From: Catajapyx aquilonaris
Taxonomy: Eukaryota
Length of the DNA: 51,164 nt
NCBI GenBank assembly: GCA_000934665.2
Contig: KZ538157.1
Location: 62,001-113,164, forward strand
Reading direction: 5' to 3'
Each line of letters begins with the position of its first letter. Within the stretch, counting starts at the first letter, position 1. The notes beneath the pieces are model-generated. The model was not told the origin of the DNA. It did no database searches and saw only the letters and a list, made by a program, of their open reading frames with translations. Below are positions 35,977-47,067 of this stretch, in pieces. The position numbers were made by a program, and so were the translations under genes.

Positions 35977-36289
35977 TACCAACACATGCACATCATTTGC
36001 CTTGAGGTGACGCACTTGTGACCATTTTCTCGGATGGTCCACAATATATTGCCAATTAGTCAAAATAATACTGTATATACGTAATAACTTGAGAGGAACT
36101 AACCTTCAAAACTAATAGTTCATATAGATTGCAAAGTTTCCACTCTAATAATGCAATTTTTTTGCAAATATTCACTGCGTGCAATCTTCCAAGATATTTT
36201 GCTCCTACTATGATATACCGAGCCCTAAAACAAATAGCAGTATAGTTTCATGAGAAAGCGGCTGAAAAACTTTTGACGTTGGTGAAGTA

Positions 36290-36500
36290 AAGTTCAATCT
36301 TGGCCTTCTTTTGGAAGAGACGTCTTCTCGATACCGTCCTCTCTCTTTTTTTTGCAAGAGGGTGAAGCTGGCGGGACGAAAAGTTCCAACTTGGAAATAA
36401 GGCTAGGTTTTGCTTGGACCGGCAGAAAAATTAGGCCAGGTGACGCCTTATCTCCGAAAAATTTGGGCAAAATGGACGAAATTGAGTCCGGGTGGCTTCC
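36290..36500 (+). pseudogene. Decayed RTE-like LINE ORF C-terminal relic
   Basis: ILAFFWKRRLLDTVL and IRLGFAWTGRKIRPGDALSPKNL resemble ILxIxWQDRxxNTEVL...QLRWTGHVIRMxDxRLPKxL. Confidence 0.35.
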
Positions 36501-37849
36501 AATCTCTGATAGGTTCTACACGACAAAAAATATACTATGACCAAGATGGCGTCATGTCTTCTCAGCTTTAGTTTGACTGCTGGCTCTGTGCCGGCCAATC
36601 TAGTGTATACACTAGAGTTCGATTACCTGCAGGATTCAATAATTGATCATAGCGTTGACGTGTTTCAACTTGTCCCTTTCATTATCTATAAAGCAGTTCG
36701 GCTGAGGGCGCCACTTTACAGGTTTCAAACATCCATGCAGTCTAGGCCAATGACCACGACTTTCCGCATTACACCGCCAATTTGGCATAACTGTTAGAGG
36801 GTGTGAGATTAGAGGGATTCACAGATTCGCCTGCATGTTCAACTAAATAAATTGTGGCCATGATTTTTGCAGCAAAGTTCGTCCGCAAAACCATGCCCCA
36901 TTATTAATGAAGCTGTCATTTATACATAACCACTCCGTACCTGACAGCTTTTTACAACCTGTAACCGCCTAGTAATGTTGGTGCCCAGTTCAAACATCAA
37001 ACATCCAATTTATTCTCTCTTTGAAGTCTTCCTGCATATTTTTTTATACCTGTACAGTACAACTTTCAATACCTTTGAAGAGAGTTCAAAGTTTCCCTGC
37101 TTTTGGATAGTGACAGCGTCAGATTCTGTGTGAGTAGTCTACCCGCTGACCCGGTGTGTACACTATAACACTAAGTGGGGGGGCTTCGTCACAGGAATCG
37201 ATCTTCCCGCGCAAAATCCGGAGGTAGGCCTACCCTCCTCACCATCTTCTGAAATCTTTGCCGCAAAAACCTTCCGGAAACCAAAGAATTTTTCACTGCA
37301 CAACTTAACACTATTTGTCCCGGACTATGTCAATATTTATTAAGCCTCCTAGTGTTAATGGACATTTTTAGTAGGCCCCTAATATGAAAATTAAACAAGT
37401 GTATTTTTAAACAAGGTTCACAGTGCATGTGGGCCTCGTGTGTTGTATATGCGAATTTTTGTGAAATATTAAAATCGAAGTCGGCGGGTTTGATGGCATG
37501 GCGGCCATTGTGTGGACAAAAACCCAGTCCTCCGTATGTGACTTGGAAAGCTGGATGCGATAATATACACGAATGGAAATGCTGATTGGCCCTCATCAGT
37601 GCATCGCATTGCACATAATTGATCCAAAAATAAACACCGCCACATTATCAACCCAGTGCCTGCAGGCAAATGTCACTTCCCTAACCGTCATAATGGACAT
37701 GGTTTATCAATGATAACACATTCCGTAAGTACCAATAATGGCCGATGTTTTACTGTCAATATTATGGTAGATCAAAAGGGTTAGGTAACGCTCTCCTACG
37801 TCATTCAATTACTGGTATGCATTCCCAAACACACAGGACATTCTCCCAG

Positions 37850-38350
37850 TAAAACGATCGCTCTATAGGTCCATTCTATATAAATCGAAATTAAGTGCGC
37901 TGTGTCTCTCTCAGCGGAACAAACGAGGAAAGTCCAACTATTCGTGTAATTTGCCCAAACCCTAGCCTAGCGAGTATTCCTCATCGATCCGGAGATAACC
38001 ATTCCGGAGGGGGTTCCAATTTTAAAAGATGCTCCCCCACTTCCTCAACCTCCATCTCCCTATTATCCGCTATCTACTACAGAATACACTCAACCCAGAA
38101 GAGTCCTTCACTTTACTAATAGCGAATAACAATGCCTGAAGTTCTTTCCATGCTCGTGTGGCTTTTCTCGGGGATCCCTATCCTGGTTCCATTTTCTATA
38201 ATAATAATAATTACAAACTTTTTTTTCCCCCATTTCTTAGCATGTCCTGACGATGTGGGTTCTAGCCCCAAAATAAATTCTAGGTCTCCCGGAGTGATGG
38301 AGACGTCTTTCCAATTGTCCGGGACTCCAGAGCTCATGGAACCGTACAGC
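37850..38350 (-). pseudogene. Decayed LINE reverse-transcriptase N-terminal relic
   Basis: SGVPDNWKDVSITP (cf. GxVPxxWKxAxIxP), KNFRHCYSLL (cf. NYRPISLL) and WLSPDR...LGF (cf. LxxxQxGF) occur in the expected order across frames. Confidence 0.5.
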
Positions 38351-39342
38351 ATTAGTCCGATGGCCGTCCCACTAAATCCTCATTTTTCGCGTGGGAGGGA
38401 AGGGAGGATACCAACACGGAAAATACGGCTCCGGCCACGCTCTATGAAATATGTGTGATAAGAAAGATATTTACAACCTCTGGGCCTGGGATCACAAGAT
38501 GGATGCAGCTCTTTTTTTTTCGCGCTTCTTAGGTGCGTTTTTTCGAGCTTCTTTATACGGGTACATGGGCAGAAAGCCAACGTATTCTTGGGGTGTTAGG
38601 CTGCTTCCAATTACTGGCTTCCTATCATCTCCATCTGCTACTAATAATGTGGTGTGTAATTTGGTACAGTACAAGGACACAATGAAAACTAGAGCAGTTT
38701 GTTATATGTTCATGATATTATGCCAGGTATAGTGAAAATTGGTATTCATTTGTTGTCACAGTAAAATTGAAAACCTGAGGTTATATATCCTTATGTATGA
38801 ATCGGCCATGAATATTAATTTAAAATAGTGTCGTAAAAATGGGGAAAGACGTTTCCCCATTTCCTTTCCTCTCATTGGCGGCGACAGTTTGCGAAGCTCT
38901 CTGTATAGACGTGCACAAAAAGCTGGTCCTCCTATGTATTGATTTACGTGCGGAAACCAGCACAGGAATTCCTAGAGACGCCTGAGTAAGTTTGATGATG
39001 ACAGCTGTTACACCTGGATAGAAAAGAGAAAAAAGGAAGGACAAAAAAACGAGTAGTTCCGGTTCCGTGCCCAGCGACGTGATTGGTACTTGTAATGTGT
39101 ACATAAGAGTCTAGCGAAAAGTCGGAAAAGGTTTCTCTTGCTAACCCCAACTGAAAGGAAATCGATGGCATATAGCCTGTCGATTATAACCCCCAGCACT
39201 TCCAAAGCAAAAAGCGACACTCGTACTTCCAAGACTAGCCTAATTGACCCATTGGAACCGAGAAACCGATGTCAATTGACCCATATAAATCTAGTAGCTG
39301 GCCACTTGTATCAACAGTTGGAACTAAAAATGGGCCCATTGT

Positions 39343-39344
<2 letters not shown>

Positions 39345-39410
<66 letters not shown>
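39345..39410. repeat. (AAT)n microsatellite abutting a SINE head
   Basis: Direct reading; ends at the first base of the SINE B copy. Confidence 0.95.
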
Positions 39411-39411
<1 letters not shown>

Positions 39412-39685
39412 CCGAAGCAGTTGGTGTAGTGGTTAAGGAGTCCGACTGCTAATTGGGAGGTCCTGGGTTCGAATCCCGGTGCCGGCAACTCTAACCGTGG
39501 TTTTCTGTGGTTTCCCACGGTTCCTCCAGGAGAAATCCGGAGTTGTTTCCGTAAAAATAGGCCACAGCCGCTTCCTTCCGTCCCTATCCTATCCCAAAAA
39601 TCTAAGTAAAAGTGAAAGCAAAGAGTTCCAGACAAAACAAAACAAAAATTCCCCCCTAAAGAGCCGCCGGCTTATCACGGGGTAC

Positions 39686-39730
<45 letters not shown>
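39411..39730 (+). mobile_element. tRNA-derived SINE, family B, copy 3, followed by (AAT)n
   Basis: ACCGAAGCAGTTGGTGTAGTGGTTAAGGAGTCCGA-CTGCTAA-TTGGGAGGTCCTGGGTTCGAATCCCGG head. Ends CCCCTAAAGAGCCGCCGGCTTATCACGGGGTACG(AAT)n. Confidence 0.92.
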
Positions 39731-39731
<1 letters not shown>

Positions 39732-41998
39732 GCCAGGCATTAAATAGAGTGGGACGTCTATATTTGCATGCGCTCCAGGTTTATTTATAGCATATATTTG
39801 ATTCGGGAGCGACGATTCTCGTTGTGGAAAGGAATGCTTATGTCGTAGGCGTGGTTTCTACATCCGTTCCCAAACTGCCGAAATGCCAAAGGTGTACGAC
39901 CTGTGCGTAGAAAAGAGAATAAAGAAAAAAAAATCTTTCTTCATCCAAAATGGCCGCCGTCCTATTTGACCCTGTTGGAGCTCAAGGAAAGAAAATAACA
40001 AGGGCCTTGGAAAAATTATTTCCTCTCTTCTTTTTTATGCTTTCGGATGCGAAAAAGGAAGTTACGAGCCGAAACTCATCCCGACGGTCTTTACATGCAA
40101 ATGGTGTATCTCCCGCCCCTTTAATTCCGCTGATGACGTTACTTAGTGCAAAAGCCCGGGGTTGGGGAGGGCATATGCAGAATGCTAGCTGGCTGCCTCG
40201 AATTGTCACCCGTTTCTCAACGGGACTTAAATTGTGCCTGGAATAGGACCGGCATAGCTGCAAAGAAGATGGATAAAATTTTCATGCTTTAAAAAGGGAG
40301 GCTACTGAAATATTATCAGATTTGTGATCACCATATATCAACTTCTACTGAATATACGTATGATGATAATTCGTCTTTGACAACGTACAACGGCACTGAA
40401 TTTTTAAATAGAAATGGAAGATTTTAATTGCAAAATATAGTGGCCAATAAATCTCGGGTCTGCCCATGTTGAAGCACACGCGTAACTTAATTTGGATGAT
40501 TCAGCCTATAAATTCGTCCCACATGTCCAATTAACTTGGGAACAGAAACACTGCATATATGCATATTTTTGGCATAATAGGAATTTATTATTATCCGATA
40601 TGGCAAATAATATTGTTAATTTCAAACGACTAGTGGGTTCCAAAATTAGAAAGCAAAAAAAAAAACTGCGATAAAGCAGCACTTTTGTTACCATTTTTTT
40701 GCAGTGCATATAAGCATGAAAACGATATTAGTCCCTATTCTCACCAGCATTTACTGCAGCCTACAGCATTTTGAACGTGAAAATATTTCCGCCATCATAT
40801 ACGCTGTACGCGATGAAAGCTATTGCGTCTCCCATTTTTTTCCCCATATCTCGGATGAAATTCCCAACTTCATTAAACATCCAAACTCTCTAAAGCATAA
40901 TATAGGTAGGCGAATAATAAGCTCAGTTTTCTGCAACGCTCTCAACGGGAAATTGCGGCAAAAAAAAGTGCATGAGAGATGTACGGACTTTTTGTGTAAC
41001 TTCATCCGCCAGAACGCTGCACAAACGTTCTGCGCCTAATATAATTTGCAAAGCTAACTTCGGTCATTCCTGGGAATAAAACTATAGCCAAATCATCATG
41101 CATTCAGGGTGTTCCTGGAATTAATATATAATGCATCAGAGCGTTGTTACGGAACAAGATTCTGAAAGTGGAACACTACATGTAATATTACAATTAAGAA
41201 ATTGAATGTCCGTGCATGCGGAAGATATTCACTGTGTCCAATTTTGTCGGGTTTCAGTTAATTACACCAATCAGTAGCATTTTTCAGTCCTAAATTAGCC
41301 AGCAAGCCAGGATTTTCTGTATTCACTAGTATGTAAACAAGATATTTGCTTTGTATTGTCTCAAAACGAGTTTTTGGATTTGTATGTCCACAAAATAAAT
41401 CGACATTAAATTTATATTAGCCTTAAAATACATAGCGACCAGGCGTCCTCTGGGCGTCCTCAGGCAAATATAATAACGCCCCTTTTCCTCAATAAAAAAA
41501 ACAAAAAGCGAATGCGTCATTGTGTTTCATCAATAGCACAAAATGAGTGACGTAGGCTCCCCAAACAACTAAGGCCCGGATCCGAGGTATGAGCCTGGGA
41601 AAGCGGATATGCTTAATAGGGCTTCATTTACCCACTATGACTTATACCCCCATCAACCAGTAGCCCCCATGCATTTCCATTTCCACCAATTGGTCTCAAG
41701 TCCAGTAGCTCTTTCCTGTTGCTCACAACTTCAAAAGAGAAGCAAAAAAATATATAAGGAAGAGGAGGGGGTGGTAGGGAGGAAGACACCAAGGCACTTC
41801 TGGGAATTTGTATAGGATGGTATACCATGCACTGAAAATCTTTATTTACTTTCCAACTTAACAGGCGAATAATATTTCCCTTTATTGTGCCTTGATTGCA
41901 TTTTAAAATTCGCATAATTATGTGGATTAATAAAAATGCATACATTGAATCAGTAATACGTTATTTTAAAATGCACTCAATGCACACACTGTAAATCA

Positions 41999-42094
41999 TG
42001 TACCGACTTGAAGGTTGTATTTTGTGATCAACAAGTACCGGTACCGTCTAAGAGTACTGACTTGTAGACGGTATTTGACATCCAAGTCGGTACA
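41999..42094. repeat. Short nested inverted repeat (probable MITE remnant)
   Basis: TGTACCGACTTG...CAAGTCGGTACA outer arms and TACCGTCTA...TAGACGGTA inner arms. Confidence 0.6.
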
Positions 42095-42768
42095 ATATAC
42101 TGTAATCTAATATTAAGTTATAATCATAACTGTTAAAAATAACTGCTTAATAAAAGTAATAATTATAGTATTGCTAAATATTGCTATAACAGCGGGTCAG
42201 AGATGGCCAAAACATAATAAAAACGGTCCTTATGTGCCTATGACGAGAAAACGGCGTTAGAATTTTTTCTTCCCAAAATCCTAAATGTGTGCAGTACAGG
42301 GTTAACTGTCAAGAGGGTGGGGACTTGGTTACCTTTCAAGGGCGCGAGCTAAATATACCAATCCGACTTTGTGGGTGCTGAGTCACCATCCACTAGATGG
42401 CAGGAGTTTGACCCGCAATCTTTGCCTTCTGCATGCGAACACCTTGCCGCAGATTCAAAAAGGCTCAGATCATCATATGATGCACGTAGGCGTCAAAGGG
42501 TTAAATCAATTGGTGAAGGTCTCACGTGCGCCTGCCTAGTTTCAGTACTTTCATTCCGCCACGGAGGTCTTATTACCCCCTTTTCACTGAAGTGAATGGT
42601 TTTGCTCTTATTTCAGTTATTTTTTAAACCTCTTCGATACCAGCTACACCGTCATCGCCTAGGTTTTCGCTTACACGTACTCTGAAGATAAGGACAAGAT
42701 ATTTTACAAATAATAACAGCTATAGTGCTATACATATAATATCATACTAACACGTTCATGCTCTACAC

Positions 42769-42825
42769 CAGTGGTTTTCAAACTGGGGTACGCGTACCCA
42801 TGGGGGTACGCAAAATATTTTGGGC
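42769..42825 (+). mobile_element. hAT-type MITE left terminus (fragment)
   Basis: CAGTGGTTTTCAAACTGGGGTACGCGTACCCATGGGGGTACGC preceded by CTCTACAC (nnnTAnnn target pattern). No matching right end seen. Confidence 0.55.
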
Positions 42826-43309
42826 AATGGCGTCTGCTTTCTACATTTTATGAGAACCATTATCCTGAATCGCGATAGAATGCTTGGGACCAGGATGATA
42901 AGGATTAATGGCACATAATCAAGTGGAAATATCGGCGGTCTGACTAGAAATTCTAGTTTCATGTAGGGTCAATATACAGCACCGTGGAACTTCTAAGTAG
43001 ATATGTCTCCCAGCAGTTGCAGAACAACTTATTCTCCTTCTAGTGTTTCAGTCATCAGTGTATAGAACCTTGCTCAGTTGTGGCCTGAATGTTGTTCGCC
43101 GTATAGTAGTGGTGGAAGTTTCTCGATTCATGGGCTGTGGCTTATGTGGCTGCTAGGAAAATAACTGAATAGGTTGTTACGAAAAGGGCCTGAACCAATT
43201 TCGACCCATTTCTGAGAAATACATTAAAAAATAAATAAAATCCATAAAATCAATAAAATAAAATAAAAAATTCTGAAATATTTCTTCACACATGGATGAG
43301 GCCAAAGAT

Positions 43310-43488
43310 ATATAGGGAAGGAAGGAAGCGGCTGTGACCTATTGTACGGAAGCGACCCCGGAATTATCCTGGGAGGATCATGGAAAACCACAGAAAACCC
43401 CGGCCAGGATCGCCGGCCCCGGGAATCGAACCCAGGACCTCCCGATTAGCAGTCGGACTCCTTAACCACTACACCAACCTGCTTAGGT
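43310..43488 (-). mobile_element. tRNA-derived SINE, family B, copy 4 (3'-truncated)
   Basis: Head and core match family B; the ACGGGGTAT tail is absent. Confidence 0.88.
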
Positions 43489-43614
43489 TCAAAAATGCAA
43501 TGTTGGCTTACCCGAAAATTATGCAGGATCAAAATATCAGAAATTTTCTTCTGCCGTCTTCTTTTTGCAAATTTTATACCTGGAAAACTATATTTTCCCA
43601 CCGAGGGGCCAAGA

Positions 43615-43754
43615 AATGGTCTGTTATACCCGAGGTGAGGTGAAAATGAGTATGTTATATCAGGAGTAAAATACACAGGGCCTTATGGAAGCATTTACCG
43701 GCCTTTTAACCAAAAGTCTGTTATAGCTGAGGCTGTTATATCCGGATTCAACTG
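43615..43754. mobile_element. Tigger/pogo-like terminal fragment
   Basis: Repeated CTGTTATA motifs ending CTGTTATATCCGGATTCAACTG-TA. Confidence 0.4.
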
Positions 43755-44966
43755 TAATAAGTACCGTACGTTCACCCCACAGAGAAGCGGGGTAACATTT
43801 GGTCAACAACAATACAAGAATAATATAGCAAGTTGGTAAACCAGAATTGACGTTGGCATGATGAACAAATGAAGTAATGACGGAAAAAATAGGGGGGAAT
43901 CATAACGGTCCAATCCTGTAACGGATGGATCTGTGAAGTTTTGAACATAGATCCGCACTATCCTACTGCACATTCGACCCTTGAAGAAAAAACCGATTTC
44001 GGAATAGTTATTAAGCAAAACAATAGAAACGTATTTTTTAGTGGTTTTTAAATTTTTGCGGCGTTGTGAAGAGGAATTCAGTTTAGTTGTAAATGTAGGA
44101 ATGCACGTCACGACGGTGTGGATCTGTGTTCAAAATTTGGAAGCTCTACCTGTATCAGAACTTGAGTTAGGGCGAATAAAAAAACGTAACAAGAACAGAA
44201 GATGATGTTAGAAAAATTCATTTTTGAAAGGCTATGCTATACGGTCTTACTTATACCATATTGGCTGTCAAACATGCAGAATTCATATTTAAAATTAATA
44301 TCCGTATTTTATGTGCATGACTTGAAGGGTCACTTCATCTCGTGGGAAATGCCCCCCCCNCCCCCCCCATTTAGAATTCTTGACCTGCTTAACATACTGA
44401 AAGGAGGTCGGATCCTGTATAAGGAAGAGGCCGTTTCCTTACCCAAAACGCGTGCTTACCGCACTGGTCGGGTTTTTGGTCGGAGTGTTGAGGTTTTTTG
44501 AGCTGCAAAAAAGCCCGCTTTTCTGCCTGCACACATCGATCGGGGAATGAAAAATGTGCGCCAGCTTCCTCCAGGAGCACAAAGTGAGCTTTTGACCCCG
44601 AGACATTTGAAAGCCCGGGCTTTGCGCACACCCATACCCTACACTTGGGCCCTTTTAGACCTTTTGGGCCCGTGGCAGGGGTAAGCGGGTCGTGGCACCA
44701 TGATCCAAGGCAATCATCACGTATGTGATGTATCACATGTGTTCGTGGCTACCCGGTTCGCACGGTGCTAGGATTACCGCACGTGGAGCTTGTGCAATGT
44801 GCTGCTTTTTAATTTTAAGTCATTGAAGGTCATATGGCCATTGTTGTGGACGCACACTTGGCATTAAATTTTAAAGAATTTGTAAGCTAAAATATCTGCC
44901 AAATTTATTTTCAACTAATGTGTCATTATTATTTAATGTTCAAATCAAATCATATGAACGTTTATA

Positions 44967-45295
44967 CAGTGTCGTTCAACTTTTTTGTCCGAACAGTTAT
45001 CGGAAAATTGCACGTAGCTGCTACTTTGTAAGCGGTGACTTGCAAACGGTGATTTTCCGGAGGAACGAGGAATATTCCCTTCGAATCGTAGGTTGAAGTG
45101 GCATACGTGCTGCCCGCTGAAAATTGAGGATCATGCCTGGAATAAAGATGGTCACACATGCCATGGGGTGTGTCACCCTTTTTTCCCCATTCCCTATTCC
45201 TCCGACAAATCACCGGTTGGAAGTCACTGCTTACAAAGTAGCAGCTACGTGCAATTTTCCGATAACTGTTCGGACAAAAAAGTTGAAACACCTTG
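44967..45295. mobile_element. Tc1/mariner-type MITE, family M2, copy 2
   Basis: TA-CAGTGTCGTTCAACTTTTTTGTCCGAACAG...CTGTTCGGACAAAAAAGTTGAAACACCTTG-TA. Carries about 30 bp of internal sequence missing from copy 1. Confidence 0.9.
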
Positions 45296-45300
45296 TATTT

Positions 45301-45375
45301 GAGGGGTGTTGTGGAAAAACGTGACGACCCTGACAAATGAGGGTTGTCACGTTTTTCCACCATGTGCACCCCTCA
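45301..45375. repeat. Small foldback element directly abutting M2 copy 2
   Basis: GAGGGGTG..GTGGAAAAACGTGACGACCCT / AGGGTTGTCACGTTTTTCCAC..CACCCCTC. Confidence 0.75.
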
Positions 45376-46704
45376 TTTGATTATTGATGGCCATATTAAT
45401 TGTGTCTGCCATTCCTGAACATGCTCTAATAACTGCTCTTTTGGTGAACACAATATCTGGACACTTTACAAGGCAAAATCCCCTGAAAATGAGGCGTAGA
45501 GCAGGCAGCAATCTATGCCACGCCAAAACTTCCTGACCGCGACAGTGATAAGCACATTCAGGACACGCTACCAGTAAACATTCTACAAATTCCTATTTTT
45601 TTTCTCTTAACGTCCCACGGATAAGGACGAATTACATTCCAATGCGAAAAGCAACCACAGAAAAGAAGCAAGAAAGAAAAAAAAAGAACTTGGGTGTTGC
45701 TGTCAAGTTTTCCTAAACACAACTTTGGAGGTGTTCCTAGGCGTATAAATAGCACCTGTCGCTGATCCGATTATAAATTAGCTAGCGGCCCACTTGGACC
45801 AAAATATTCCCTTTGAAACGCTGGAAAAACTAAGGGGAAGAAGGTGGGGTGGTGGGTTGAATCTCACCTCCATGCTCGAGTTCCGCACAATCCTAACCCC
45901 TCGTTTTTGAAAGGAACTTTTGGCCCACTCCCCAGTTCGTAGGCATCCATCACTATATACTCCTCAACGGTCAAAAGGCGCCAATTCCACCGAAGTTTTC
46001 CTGCCTCCCGGTACCAATTTGGGTCGCTACTAATAATAAAGAAGCGGGGAGTTTAGGGGGGGGATGGGGGCGGGAAGAGGCGGATTAAGTGCCAGGGAGC
46101 AATTTGTAAAATTCCCTGTCGGGCCTAGCAGGAAAGGCGGTTTCCATAAAGCAAGCCTGTGACATTACTTCGCTGCCAAACTGCTACTTCTTGTCGCGAT
46201 TTCGCGCGATAATTTATGGGGGCCCCGAAGCGTGCGTTGCCGGTGCATGTATATTATTCCTGGACCTCCCAAGTACTGCATAAAACCGTGGGGACATGTA
46301 CTCGGCTGAAGTATGGGGATTGTCCAGCTTACAAGTGGACTCAATGCGACGAGTGAATAATTTGGAACGTACGCCATGCTACTTCGTGACATCAGATCTT
46401 TCCCAACATTGATTCTAATTAAATTTAAACAATTTTATCCAATGGATGCTCAAATATGGCAGTAAATTTTCCAAAGGACAGCTTTTCCATTATGTGTTTG
46501 TTGTCATTCGATTTTACAGGTAGAGCCGTTACTGCAATGCGCTGTTTACTCAGTTTGCAAACTTTAGCTTCCCAGAAGGCGTGTTGTTTGGTTTGAAGAC
46601 ATTTGTAACTTTCGTATGCCAATGGACACACAGTTACTTACAGTACAGTACTTATTAAATTTTCATACCGGAATCGATCTCTCAAGGCAGTCTACACTTA
46701 CTTA

Positions 46705-47067
46705 CAGGGTGTTGCAACTTTTTTGTCCGAACAGTTATCGGAAAACTGCACGTAGCTGCTACTTTGTAAGCAGTGACTTGCAACCGGTGATTTGTCGGAG
46801 GAATGGGGAATGGGGAAAAAGAGGGTCACCCATCCCATGGCATGTGTGACCCTCTTTTTTCCAGGCTTGACCCTCAATTTTCAGCGGGCAGCACGTATGC
46901 CACTTCAACCTACGATTAGAAGGGAATATTCCCCGTTCCCCCGAAAAAATCACCGTTTGCAAGTCAATAGACCGGATAATCGGAAGTACGTGTACTCGAC
47001 CACCTGGGAGTAATTCGAGTTGATATTAACGATAACTAAAAACGACCAACGAACTTGGAACACTCTG
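46705..47067. mobile_element. Chimeric MITE: M2 left end and body with an M3-like right end
   Basis: TA-CAGGGTGTTGCAACTTTTTTGTCCG M2 start. M2 homology stops at about 46966 (TTGCAAGTCA). The element ends ACGAACTTGGAACACTCTG-TA, like the M3 TIR. Confidence 0.75.

Noticed and set aside
44389..44736. Minus ORF with CRVWVC...HFVL as a LINE C-terminal zinc knuckle
   Set aside because: Cys/His spacing is incomplete and no neighbouring RT motifs were recognised.
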